Shown: positions 1-11,022 of the stretch, piece by piece
How the letters are laid out: each line of letters opens with the position of its first letter
Position numbering within the stretch: position 1 is the stretch's first letter
NCBI GenBank assembly: GCA_048128005.1
Contig: JBEUKZ010000011.1
Location: 1-64,000, forward strand
Direction of reading: 5' to 3'
Length of the DNA: 64,000 nucleotides
Source of the DNA: Veleropilina oligotropha
Lineage: Eukaryota
The notes under the pieces: model-generated
What the model was told of the DNA's origin: nothing
Seen by the model: the letters and a program-made list of their open reading frames with translations, nothing else
Database searches by the model: none
Translations under genes and position numbers: made by a program

Positions 1-1152
1 AGCCTTGGCGAGTGAAATAAAAACTTCATCACGAGTGACATAAATTTGATATGAAATGGGATAGAGTTTAATGTTCTTTTTATCACATTACTACAAATAT
101 GGCAATTACATTGCAATACTTGCATAGTAGTCTGTTGAAGAAACCAAATCACTTCGCTGTGTAGTACGCACTTTAAAATAGTCCGCTTGCAAAAGCCCAG
201 AAACACTGATATAAATAACGTGTTTGTAACATAACTATTAACAAAATATTTATTAGCAAGAACTGGAAACAATATTTAGGAATTTGAATGTTCGTTATAA
301 ACAGATATCAACCAGACAGTAATCAATTATTTATAGACAATAAATAATTTTTTTTTCATTCTGGGGAATGCGCCGTAGCGACGTGTCGTGCCCAGTGGCT
401 GGAATTTTATCGCTGTGAATGTGTACTTCTTTGCTTCCCCGGGGCCCCGATACATTTCCACCTATTCAAGTGTGGAGGCCACCGTACACATTTACGACGG
501 ATGTTTGCCGAGAAGAAATACAGCGTTTAAACTATTGTCCCGCTTTTCTGAATGACTCTGGATTCGGATTTGTTGCGATGTAAAAATTTACACAAAAGTT
601 TATTGAGATCTGCAGGTGGAATATCTTGGCTACTTCTACGTTCATTAAATTGAGGCTGCGAAAGAAAACGGGCAAGTAGTTGTAAATCATATGTTTTGTT
701 TTTTGTATTTATGTTTGCTTGTGCGATTACAATGTCCTCAACATCTGTGTCCGTAACCGAGACGAACCTGTTGTTTATGTTTGAAATTTCTGTTGGCTGC
801 TCTGCACTCGGGGGTTTCGAACTCGTAGTCATACGATCTTGTGGAAAGTCTATTTCTATGTCGGTACCGTCAATTAAACATGTATAAACTTGTACACCCT
901 GTTCATTTTGTTATCACATTCAAAACAGTGGCTGATCCTCTTCCGTCTATAGTTATTTTACACCCGATTTCATATTTGTTTACGATAATTTTATCCATTT
1001 TCGCAAAGTAGTAATTAAAATAGTACGGCGCATTGATAGTGATGACGTTTTATTGACCAATCACAATCGTCAAAAAATGTTATGACACGGTTTAATAACA
1101 TGTGTTATGTAATGGCTAGAAAGCCAACATAACACAGCATTCATGTGATAAA
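1..1152 (-). mobile_element. Degenerate Crypton-like (tyrosine recombinase, DUF3504-type) element, truncated by the window start
   Basis: Minus ORF 527-832 (RFVSVTDTDVEDIVIAQANINTKNKT..LQLLARFL..NERR..DIPPADLNKLLCKF) resembles the N-terminal region of CryptonA/KCTD1/ZMYM-type proteins. It lies between inverted repeats TTTATCACAT (~78-88) and ATGTGATAAA (~1143-1152). Confidence 0.55.
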
Positions 1153-1469
1153 TATGTATATATATTAATATATATATATATACTATATGTAACGATGCTA
1201 ATGCATGCATTACATTTAATGTCAATTAATTTTTACTCTTGTCAAAAAGTGCATTTTGTTTTCATTACAATATAAACACATATCAAAGATAATTGAATGT
1301 ATGAATAAATGTGTGAAAATGTATTTAGCGGTCGTTTTCATAATCGAATGTGTAGTGTTGAACAAAATTTGTAATCGTTTAATGTTTATATCAATGCATA
1401 TCAATGGTGGACGAGCCTAAAAAGGCTAAAAATCTGAACCAGGAGTCAACTGATCCGCGACAGAGTCAT

Positions 1470-2070
1470 TTATACCCTCGCCCTTTAGGGGGGGGGGGGG
1501 GGGGCGAGGGTATATTGCGTTTGTGTCCGTCTGTTTGTCTGTCTGTCTGTGCGCATAACTCAAAAACTACTGCTCCGATTCACTTGAAAATTATACACAA
1601 GGTAGGGTTCTCCTGTAGCTCGGTCGAATTTGGTGACTGTACATTAAATGTCATGGTCACTAAGGTCAAAAGGTCAAGAAATACCTTTTCGCATATAACT
1701 TCTGTTATATGTGCAGACAATAGACGTATATGGTGTCATTCGATAGGTTTTCTAATGACGCCTTAGATGCATATAACATTGTGATGAATATAGGTCAAGG
1801 GTCAAGGTCACCGGTGTCAAAAGGTCACAAAATGACATTTCGAAAATATCTTCTGATCTATATGCAGTAAATAGATGCAAATGGTGTCATTAGAAAGGTT
1901 TTCTATTGGCGCCTTAGATGTAGCTAACATTGTGATGAATATATGTCAAGGGTCAAGATCACAGGTGTCGAAAGGTCACGAAATAACATTTTCGCATAAT
2001 CTTCTGATTGCTCTGTTACTAATGATGAAGCGCAACAGATGAGGATTTGTAGTCTTTGATCGCCTTGTTG
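1470..2070 (+). mobile_element. Non-autonomous Helentron/HINE-like repeat with internal ~120-bp duplication
   Basis: Short palindrome ATACCCTCGCCC..GGGCGAGGGTAT, followed by a (GTCT)n microsatellite and two related AGGTCAA-rich ~120-bp units (about 1745-2000). Confidence 0.5.
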
Positions 2071-2949
2071 GTTTTGAAAAATGAGCAGTTTAATTTAAAC
2101 CACAGTCCCATGAGCCCCCACCCCCCCCCCCCCCCCTCTCCCCTCTAATTCCTCTCTTGTGGACCTATATAAACTCCTGTTGATTCAGTTTCCCATCGGC
2201 TTCATGTTTCTGGAATAACACATATTTTCTGCCATTTTAGTGTTCGACAAATATGGAGACGAATAAAAAAATTGGACTGAAACGCAAAGGATCCGAAGAC
2301 CCTATTGATGTCATCTACACAGAGTGACAAAACACATATGTGGCGTAAAAGAGAGATGGGACTGGATACAATATGGATAACACTATTAAAGCATGGGATA
2401 AATGCGAAAAGGTGATCAGTGGTCTTATGCTTTTATAGTTGCTGTGTTTTGCCATAAAACGCAACAATGTTGCATATATTTGCTCCGCTTTCGGGTTTGT
2501 TTATATATGTATAGTGTCTAGGATGAGGTGTTTCAATGGGCACCCACCCTTATGGTGTTTCCTACCACCATAAAACATGATAGTCCGCATGACAATATCC
2601 TTAGATCATTCCCTGTACTATTAATCACAATTTCAATTACACTAAAATTAAGGTAGCGTCGCCAAATATATTTGAAACGTTATAATTAAATATGCCGAGA
2701 CATCATTTGAATTATAATGGCTGTACATCAATGATGAGTACGGGGTACACAGTTTAACATTCCATAAAAAATATCAGGGAGCACTAACCTTCTTCCAGGT
2801 GAATATATAACATGAAAATACATGCATTTAACAAATATCGCTTGGTAGGCCCTTATATTGATTAACCCAAATGCGGATGTAGGAGATAGTTTGCAAAAAA
2901 CACAATTTCGATGTTTATTTTGTCATATATGCACTAATATGGTATGTAT

Positions 2950-3299
2950 AGGTTACTAACCGAGTTGGAGGTATTCATCGATTTGAAAGACCTGCGCCCG
3001 TGCGGATCGTGACACCGAGACCGCGGAGCGGTCGAGGTGTTACCAGCACGGAAGCAGGTCTTTCAAATAGATGAATACCGACTAACGAGGTTTGTAACCG
3101 ACTTACACAACGGCCAATTATAGCTCCTTTGTTGTCAATTTAGCTTGTGATCAGCTTTAGCCGTCTTGCACGGACGCAGGTCGGTATAGAGTGAAAAGTA
3201 GGTTGGTATGGCTATACCACCCTACTTTTGAATCGTCATTGAAAACAAGGTGTTCACGCTGAATACCAACCTCGTTAAAACAAAAGAGCCGTTGTGTAA
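2950..3299 (-). mobile_element. Short non-autonomous hairpin element (Crypton-like architecture)
   Basis: ~150-bp imperfect palindrome at 2950-3100, plus a 12-bp inverted repeat TTACACAACGGC (3103-3114) / GCCGTTGTGTAA (3288-3299). Confidence 0.5.
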
Positions 3300-3349
3300 T
3301 GCTTAATACTAATTGATATCTACGTTATTAACAATTGCAAATATTTCAG

Positions 3350-4218
3350 GAGCACCGTTCGGGATGTTATTAAATTAATCGACCCGGACCGAGTAACTGG
3401 AAAACTAAGAACATGTCTACATCGTCGACTTTACAACACGAAAGGGCCATACTACTTGGTACATATTGATGGCAATGATAAACTAATGCCATATGGTTTT
3501 GGCATACATGGTGCCATTGATGGATGGAGCCGCAAGCTCTTATGGCTGAATGTTGTACCATCCAACAAGGATCCCAGAATTATTGCGAACATGTATGCAC
3601 ATTTTGTACGGCGTAATGGTCTCCCTCAAACCTTACGCATGGATGCTGGAACAGAAAATTTCAATGTGAGGGATATACAAATATTGTTACGGGAAGAACA
3701 TCAGTAGTGATATTTGCGATCTACCGCCAGTAATTGTTGGAAAATCATGTCACAATCAACGAATTGGGCGATTCTGGTTGTATTTAAGAACAAGTTACAC
3801 CCAATTTTGGATTAACTTATTCAACGATATGCGTGATATTGGGTTGTGGAGTAGTGAGCATGTTATCGACACTGAAATGATTCGGTTTTGTTTTACCTCT
3901 TTAATGCAATGTGAGCTCAACTTGTGATTGGAAAACTGGAATACGCATCGTGTACGCAAAATGCCGAATGTTGCAAATCCACATCGCCGCCCAGATGTGT
4001 TGCATAACATCCCTCATATGTATGGGGGCGTGTCTTGGAAATTGACTGCAGACATAGATTTACTGGATTCCTGTCAGGATTTGTGTTGTGTGTCCTCGCC
4101 GTTATGGGGCTGCAAAGACGAAATTATGGCAAACAGAGGATGGGATTTTCCCCAAACTGCAGACCAATCTCTAAACTTGTATGGAAACTTATATACATAC
4201 ATGTATTCCCTTCTTTGA
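3350..4218 (+). pseudogene. IS3EU-like DDE integrase/transposase relic
   Basis: After a tttcag acceptor: IDPDRV..LHRRLYNTKGPYYLVHIDGNDKLMPYGFGIHGAIDGWSRKLLWL..SNKDP..PQTLRMDAGTEN..GKSCHNQRI..FW..WNTHRVR. Interrupted by stops and a frameshift. Confidence 0.7.
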
Positions 4219-4627
4219 AAAATCATATAATTCTATTTGATTTGATGTGAATATACTTTCAATCATTTTTCAATCCTGTTGTATTCTGGACAATGACTTC
4301 ACGTCTCTAGCCGGTGAGACGAATTTTGTCTTCAGCACCTGGTCAGTATTCGGTATAGTTACACATCTAATTGATAACGGTGTCAACTTCGTTGATATTC
4401 AGGAGCCAGAGCTTTCAACGCAACTGATACAGTGGCCACATCATGTACACCACAGTTAGTATTATAAAGTGGGGGTTATAAAATCATTTATTGCAACTTG
4501 CCAAACAGGTTTATTAAAACATATTATCACTTACATACAACCAGTTGCATGGAGCAGATACTCTACTAGGTGTGGACAAAGTCATGTCTGTGACTAGAGG
4601 AACTTTCAGTACTATATGTTTGACTGC

Positions 4628-4865
4628 TGTGAGTGAGTGAGTTAGTTAACTTTATGGTCCTATTTAATTCACCTTTTCTGGTTATATCGGGACATGCCCG
4701 TATTAATGTGAGAGGAAAGCCCGGATTGACCGGTGAAGCCCACGCACGCCGGCCGGTTATGGACAACCGTGTCTGATAACCTTGCATTGTCTCCGAGCGG
4801 ATTCGAATCCGCAACGCAAGGCCCGATCATATCGACAAGTAGATTGAACACCTTCGCTCTACCCA
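4628..4865 (-). mobile_element. tRNA-derived SINE (diverged)
   Basis: B-box-like GGATTCGAATCC, a body similar to the SINE family at 23757/42962, and an (ACTC)n tail. Confidence 0.55.
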
Positions 4866-5368
4866 ATCATATCGACAAGTAGATTGAACACCCAATTTGC
4901 TCTGTCCACTTTCTAGTAGCAAATGTCATCGTTTTGATGCAATATGCAACATTTGAAAACATTTATAATAAATACCAGAATATCAATATACAGGAACAGA
5001 CATTTTAATAAATATTAGCATAGAGAAGATTTGGAGAAGATTGCTGGCATCAGAGGTAAAAAATTTGAACTCAAAGATGGCCATCAAACTAGGATATTTT
5101 AAAAACAAATTTTTCGAACATATTCACGGAAGAAAAAAGCGACAGAAAAATAATTTCCATGTTGAATGTCCGTTAGGACCCAACAAGCCAGTGAAGGTCG
5201 CATGTCCATATGCACTTCATGTTTGGACGCGTAGCGATCGCTCCGATGACTCCAGTGAAGGTCTCGTTTTAATATTCATCACCGTTCTGAGGCAGTAGCG
5301 ATAACAAGATATCGAACAGGGTCAACAAGCATGCGTAGGTCCCATGACATGATGTCCATGTGCCCTTC

Positions 5369-5660
5369 AGTAGTAATGACTCCAGTTGGGGACACTCCCT
5401 GGGGACACTCTATTGTTCCTTACTATCCAATGATATTGTCGGGATTTATAGAGAACTTCTTTGTTCCTATGGTATCCAATGATATTGTCGGGATTTATAG
5501 CGAACTCCTTTGTCTCTCTCTTATCCAATGATAGCGAACTCCTTTGTTCTCGGGTTGTACATAACATCTGCGAGAGGCCATCTTTGCATCGTTGAAGGAA
5601 ATACTAAAAGGACAATTTTGCATCGTTGAAGGAAATACGAAAAGGACAATTTTGCATCGA
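5369..5660 (+). repeat. Left terminal region with nested short direct repeats (mirrored at ~17368-17659)
   Basis: GGGGACACTC x2; TATCCAATGATATTGTCGGGATTTATAG.GAACT.CTTTGT x2 plus a partial third copy; TTTGCATCGTTGAAGGAAATAC.AAAAGGACAAT x2. Confidence 0.8.
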
Positions 5661-5822
5661 GGTAAATATATATAATTGCTAGGAAAACTATGGTTTTATA
5701 TAATGTTTATATTCATCAGTAGAAATATCTATAAAGCATATGTCTGACGTTTCTTGTAGATAATGTATATATTCCCCGGCATCAGTAAATATCTAAATGT
5801 ATAACATTTCCTTTCCAGCATT

Positions 5823-6205
5823 ATGACGATTGATCTCGATAGAGGATGTTCCGTTGAGAAACTGGATAACGTTATCCTGTTAAAAGGACCGAACAAGTCA
5901 TTGGAGTTTCCGTTTAATCGTTGGAAGTTATTCGTATCGGAGGCAATGTATTCGTGACGATTAGCCGACAGTGGCCACATATGGATATTAGACAATTTTG
6001 GTTACCCGAAAACAGTGTAGATGTGTGCCCCACTCGTAAAGGAATTACGCTTAAATTTTATCAATTCACAAAATTGAAGGAGGCTACGATATCAGTGCCC
6101 GACGATATCGAGTTGTGTTATTTGCAAGACGACCATCAAAACCAGATTGGCGCAAGTAATTGTCCCGAGTGCAACCCGAATCAAAAAGTTTGGGGGTTCT
6201 ATTAG
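5823..6205 (+). pseudogene. PC4-like ssDNA-binding protein, left copy (73-bp deletion, frameshift)
   Basis: IGGNVFVTIS..HMDIRQFW..PTRKGITL..QF.KLK is a PC4-like signature, followed by C..DHQNQ.G..CPECNP. Lacks the segment present in the right arm at 17038-17110. Confidence 0.7.
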
Positions 6206-6235
6206 TGTGTGTGTTTACTAAAAAGCGTTTCATTT

Positions 6236-6487
6236 ATGATGTCGACACCGGAAGAGACAGTTGTGGAAACATTCTTACCACAAAATACGGATACTGCGAA
6301 GAAAACAAAGGTCAAATGGACTGTTGTCATTGTGATATTAGTATGTACTATGGTTGGACTGACGACTAATAACTGGGAACTATGTGTTAAAACACCTCCT
6401 GATCCTCTCCATGCAGAACCACTTCGTATTATGAACATATCCAATTCCAATATAAATAGTACTATTTGGATGCTGAATAATAATTAA
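6236..6487 (+). CDS. Small predicted single-pass membrane protein of the element
   Basis: 83-aa ORF with a basic stretch followed by hydrophobic WTVVIVILVCTMVGL; intact in both arms. Confidence 0.5.
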   Translation: MMSTPEETVVETFLPQNTDTAKKTKVKWTVVIVILVCTMVGLTTNNWELCVKTPPDPLHAEPLRIMNISNSNINSTIWMLNNN

Positions 6488-6609
6488 TATTGCATATGTC
6501 TATTCTAAAGAATAATATTCAAGCAATCCAAACAATGTTTTGTATGCATATTTGCTTTTTGTCAATAAATGTATATAAGTCAGTGTTTAGTCATTATTAA
6601 TTCATTGTC

Positions 6610-7689
6610 ATGGCAGAAGCGTCCTTGAAAAAGTTGTGGTATGACCCAAAACATGGATATGGCGGTCCGGACAAGTTGTATAGAATGGTACAAAAACAAG
6701 GAAAATTCAATATTAGTAAGAAAAAGATCACCCAATGGTTACAAGACCAAGACGCATACAGTTTACAAAAAGGGGTGATACGGAAATTCAGGCGAAGCCG
6801 TGTTATCGTTGGTGGAATTGATTCGATGTTTGATGGTGATTTAGCCGACATGCAAAATGTGACTAAGTACAACGATGGCATAACATTCTTATTGATCGTA
6901 ATCGATGTGTTTTCTCGCTACTTATGGGTAGTTCCAATAGCGAATAAGTTAGGTAAAACCATTGTTGGAGCATTGAAATCCATATTTAAGGAAGGGCGAA
7001 AACCTCGCATGATTCGGTTTGATAAGGGGAGCGAATTCAATAACCGATGGGTAAAACCATATCTGGCATCGGAAAATATTGCAGTGCATTTCACACAAAA
7101 TGAATCGAAGGCAAATTATGCCGAACGTGTTATAAAAACATTTAAAAATATGATATACAGGCATTTCACAGCCAATCAAACGTACCGTTACATAGATAAC
7201 TTACAAGACTTGGTGTCCAATTATAACAATAGACCTCATCGATCATTAGGACAATGGACTCCTGCTAGCATTAACAAAAACAATGAAGACGAGGCTCGAT
7301 ATAAGATGTATCTGGCACGTACTAAATCAACAACATTGATCAAGAAATACAAGTTTAACATGGGCGATAAGGTTAGAATATCGCATATAAAACATCCGTT
7401 TTTAAGAGATTATCAGCAAAAGTGGTCGGAAGAATTATTTATCATCGTTAAACGATATAAGCGTCAAGGAACATCTATTTATCAATTAACTGATTATGCA
7501 GATGAGGCTATATCAGGTACATTCTACGAAAGAGAAATGCAAAAGGTCAATAAAACTGCAGACACCATATGGCGGATAGAAAAGGTATTGAAGCGGCGAA
7601 AACGCAATGGCGAGAATGAAATACTAGTAAAATGGATGGGTTGGCCGTCTAAATTTGATTCTTGGATAAGACGAGGTGCAATTGTATAA
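6610..7689 (+). CDS. Retroviral-like (rve/DDE) integrase with C-terminal chromodomain, Polinton type
   Basis: 359 aa: DLADM..IDVFSRY..FDKGSEF..AERVIKTFK..YNNRPHRSLG, then GDKVRIS..WSEELF..GTFYEREMQ, then chromodomain IEKVLKRRKRNG..ILVKWMGWPSKFDSWI. Confidence 0.93.
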   Translation: MAEASLKKLWYDPKHGYGGPDKLYRMVQKQGKFNISKKKITQWLQDQDAYSLQKGVIRKFRRSRVIVGGIDSMFDGDLADMQNVTKYNDGITFLLIVIDVFSRYLWVVPIANKLGKTIVGALKSIFKEGRKPRMIRFDKGSEFNNRWVKPYLASENIAVHFTQNESKANYAERVIKTFKNMIYRHFTANQTYRYIDNLQDLVSNYNNRPHRSLGQWTPASINKNNEDEARYKMYLARTKSTTLIKKYKFNMGDKVRISHIKHPFLRDYQQKWSEELFIIVKRYKRQGTSIYQLTDYADEAISGTFYEREMQKVNKTADTIWRIEKVLKRRKRNGENEILVKWMGWPSKFDSWIRRGAIV

Positions 7690-7724
7690 TATGACATGTT
7701 AATTTATAATGTTGTCACATCACG

Positions 7725-8144
7725 ATGAGTGTTCGTATGGTAATCAAGTCCACGGACAGTTCGGAATATTTCGAGAATGAACATTACGATTTCAGAGTAA
7801 AATTAAACAAACCGGCACTATTCGATGGTTATTGGACCGTAGCCTTGAACGAAATAGCCATTAACGGTTGCGCTAAGAGTAAAAATAATCGTGACCTATT
7901 TGTGTGTTTTGATGCGTGTAGCGAAAGTGTGGTTGGAGACACATCTATGCCTTTATTGAGGAAAATATTTTTGAGAAATAGTGCACCGTGTAACATGATT
8001 TACAATGTACCTTATTATACACGTTTGAATCAAAGTCAGCTTCACCAAGTGCACATATATATAAAGGATATTAAGGGAGATCTAGCCTCATTCATCACTG
8101 GAACAGTAACGGTGACACTTCATTTTAAAAAGTTCCCTTTCTAA
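7725..8144 (+). CDS. Minor capsid (penton-like) protein, compact form
   Basis: S.DS..YF.N..FRVKL..G.W.VAL.EI at the N-terminus and VGD..PLLR..PYY..I.I.D..G..F..G.V.VTLHF at the C-terminus, as in Polinton/adintovirus pentons. Confidence 0.75.
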   Translation: MSVRMVIKSTDSSEYFENEHYDFRVKLNKPALFDGYWTVALNEIAINGCAKSKNNRDLFVCFDACSESVVGDTSMPLLRKIFLRNSAPCNMIYNVPYYTRLNQSQLHQVHIYIKDIKGDLASFITGTVTVTLHFKKFPF

Positions 8145-8147
8145 GCC

Positions 8148-8516
8148 ATGTCTGGACCATTGTACATCAGCAACCCCCAGATGTGGGATCAAATTTTTAA
8201 AGACATGCGTTCAGGCAAAATACAATCCGATAGACAAAGGGGTCAGGGTATAGCAACCATGGTATCGCCCATGGCTGAGGTAGTGGAAAGGGCTAAAGTC
8301 CAATTAAAAACTCAAAGGAAAGTAGGTTTGCCACACATAAAAGTTGCAGGAAAAAGGAAAAGCGTCAGTCGGTCAAAGAAAGTCAAGAAGATCACGTCGT
8401 CTTCCAAGAAGAAGGTTACAAAGAAGAAAGCACGTAAGCCAGTCAAAAAAACACAAAGCCGTAATAATTTTATAAACACTGTGTTTGCACGTAATGGCGT
8501 TTCTGAGCGAAAATAA
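8148..8516 (+). CDS. Lys/Arg-rich putative core (DNA-condensing) protein
   Basis: 122 aa with a QRGQG motif and a very basic C-terminal half; lies between the penton and MCP genes and overlaps the MCP start. Confidence 0.55.
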   Translation: MSGPLYISNPQMWDQIFKDMRSGKIQSDRQRGQGIATMVSPMAEVVERAKVQLKTQRKVGLPHIKVAGKRKSVSRSKKVKKITSSSKKKVTKKKARKPVKKTQSRNNFINTVFARNGVSERK

Positions 8517-9809
8517 TCAACAGATTGAAGTACCAGCTGAATTAGACTTGTTTAAGAGTTATTCCAATCAGGTTGCTATCGAGAATATTTATTATGCAGA
8601 ATCGAGACCTATTTCAAACATTCATGGCGAAGTAGTCGAATTTAGTATTACAGGTCAAGGACCCGATTATATCGATCTAAAACGCAGTCGTTTGTTCGTC
8701 AAGGCAAGAATTATAAAGGCTGATGGAACACCATTGATAAAAGATGAAAAAGTGGGCATAATCAACCTACCTTTACAATCGATGTGGTCTCAGGTAGACG
8801 TATATATGAACAATAAATTGGTGTCCTTGAATACTAATAATTATCCTTGGAAAGCCTATATCAAAACTATACTATCCAGTGGATCCGACGAACAAAATTC
8901 GCATCTCCAAAGCCAGTTATTCTTCAAAGATTCGGTGTATATGGATGATCCTGACCCCGTATTAGGTTGTAATCAAGGACTCTTAAAGCGCTATGATTAT
9001 ACCAAAGATAATAGAGTTTTTGAAATGGAATCCCCCTTATACGACGATATACAGTAGTATTTGCCTTGGATAAATATTTGTTGAACGGAGTCGATATTCG
9101 CATCAAACTATTCAGATCCCGCAATCCATTCGTGTTGATGTCCAAAGAAGATTCACCGGCCTATAAACTCGAATTAATCGATGTGGTCTACAAATTGGCT
9201 AAAGTACGGGTCGACCCAGGTATAGTGTTGAATCACATGAAGCAATTGGAACACGATACGGTTAAATACCCCCTGGATAGAACCGAAGTGAAAATGAACA
9301 CTATCGCCAAAGGATCAAGCGAGTTCTTTTGGGATAATATGTTTCCAAATGCACGCCCATCTAAGTTGGTCATTGGATTGATTAGTCAATCAGCGGTCAA
9401 TGGATCGTATACGGAAAACCCTTTTAATTTTCAACACTTTAACGTGCAGGACGTAGGACTGTACGTGAATGGACAAAGTGTGCCGGGGCCACCATTAAAA
9501 CTAAATTTTAACAATCATTCTGAAAATGCATCGGCTTATGCTAATCTATTCGACAAGTGTGATAGATTGACCACTGGTCTTAATATTAATAGATATGATT
9601 ATGCAACCGGATATACACTGTTCGTATTCACTTTGGACCCATGCGACCTGGGAAGTAGGTATATCAATTTGATACAGCACGGAAATACCAGATTGACCAT
9701 GATATTCCAAACGGCGACGACGGAGGCCATCAGTTGCGTTGCAGTGGCTACATTTCCAGCACTTATCGAAATCGATCGAGTACACAACGTGACATACATT
9801 CAACCATGA
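8494..9809 (+). pseudogene. Major capsid protein (double jelly-roll, hexon-like) broken by an 8-bp insertion
   Basis: ELDLF..Q..IE..RP..VEF.I.G.G.DYIDL..SRL.VK..IINLPLQSMWSQVDV.MN..YPWKAY; KYLLNGVDIRIKL.R..P.KLVIG..A.NG.Y..NPFNFQHF..GYTLF.F.L. Removing 9052-9059 gives one ~435-aa frame. Confidence 0.88.
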
Positions 9810-10261
9810 ACGGTTATCAATTAAAACATGTCATAAGAAGCTACCCATGTTTAAGCGATGTAACTAGGGGTGTTTTTGCGATTAATACATTACCCCTACA
9901 CGTCGTGGAATACCCTAGTGCCTACATCGTGAATACGGATCCCTTACCAGGACCAGGGAAACATTGGGTAGCCATCCTTTTCTTAAACGAATGGCACGCC
10001 GAATTCATGGACAGTTTAGGGGAACCACCGGAACAATACGGTTTGAAATCGTTTATCGTGAGAAATGCGAGAAATTATTCGTGGATACGAAATCGTATTC
10101 AATCTTATTATTCTAGTTATTGTGGTGTATACGTATTGTACTTTATTGTAATGCGAATGTGTTTTCACGTATCCTTAGATGACATGTGTAGTGATTTTAC
10201 TCTAGATCTTATGCAAAATGATGAAATTGTACTAGCATTTACTCATTCAATCTTTGTCTAA
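9806..10261 (+). CDS. Adenain-like cysteine maturation protease
   Basis: IVNTD..PGKHWVA (His), EFMDSLG (Asp), IQ..SSYCG.Y (Gln/Cys). The ATG overlaps the MCP stop (ATGA, 9806-9809). Confidence 0.9.
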   Translation: MNGYQLKHVIRSYPCLSDVTRGVFAINTLPLHVVEYPSAYIVNTDPLPGPGKHWVAILFLNEWHAEFMDSLGEPPEQYGLKSFIVRNARNYSWIRNRIQSYYSSYCGVYVLYFIVMRMCFHVSLDDMCSDFTLDLMQNDEIVLAFTHSIFV

Positions 10262-10308
10262 TAAAATATGTAAAATCCATTAGATTTTGTTGTCGTTTTA
10301 AAAAGCAC

Positions 10309-10983
10309 ATGCATGCAAACCTACAGTCATTTATAGATGATCCATCAAACATGCCGTGTCTGTTGAAATTTACGTCGCCATGTACAATTTTAATCAGTGG
10401 ATGCACGCAGTCGGGTAAAACTTACTTTGTCAAACGCTTACTCGAACATGACATGTTTGCGATAAGACCAACAAAAATAGTGTATGCCTATTCAGAATAT
10501 CAATCCCTGTACGATGACATGAAAAATGTTATATTTCATCATGGTTTACCCACAAAAGATGATATCGAATCCTATTCCGAAAACAGTGGTCACATGATTT
10601 TGGTATTGGATGACATGATGCTACGTATTGCTCAATCAGAAGACTGCGTCCACTTATTTACTGTGACGTCACATCATCGTAATGTCACGTGCATCTTTTT
10701 GACTCAAAATCTGTACCCACCAGGCAAATACGCTCGAAGTATATCATTAAATTGCACTTATTTCGTGATATTTCGTAATTACCGAGATAACAAGCAGATA
10801 ATTTCATTTGGAGCTCAGATTTTGCCGGGTGAATCTGCTTTTTTTAAAGATGCATATGATAAATCTACGTCATCCAAGTATGGATATCTCCTGATAGATT
10901 TATCACCTCACACGGACAAGACGTGTCAATTACGCACCCGCATATTCCCTGGTGAAGATTGCATTATTTATCGCCCGATATAA
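10309..10983 (+). CDS. A32/FtsK-like DNA packaging ATPase
   Basis: Walker A GCTQSGKT, Walker B ILVLDD, SHHRN, LTQNLY, RSISLN, YGYLLIDL. Confidence 0.92.
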   Translation: MHANLQSFIDDPSNMPCLLKFTSPCTILISGCTQSGKTYFVKRLLEHDMFAIRPTKIVYAYSEYQSLYDDMKNVIFHHGLPTKDDIESYSENSGHMILVLDDMMLRIAQSEDCVHLFTVTSHHRNVTCIFLTQNLYPPGKYARSISLNCTYFVIFRNYRDNKQIISFGAQILPGESAFFKDAYDKSTSSKYGYLLIDLSPHTDKTCQLRTRIFPGEDCIIYRPI

Positions 10984-11022
10984 AAGCAGCTCGCTGTATC
11001 ATTACATCTCATTAGTGACGCG

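Noticed and set aside
6597..7179. Antisense ORFs inside the integrase (and mirrored at 15793-16375)
   Set aside because: Shadow frames of a real gene; duplicated only because the arm is duplicated.
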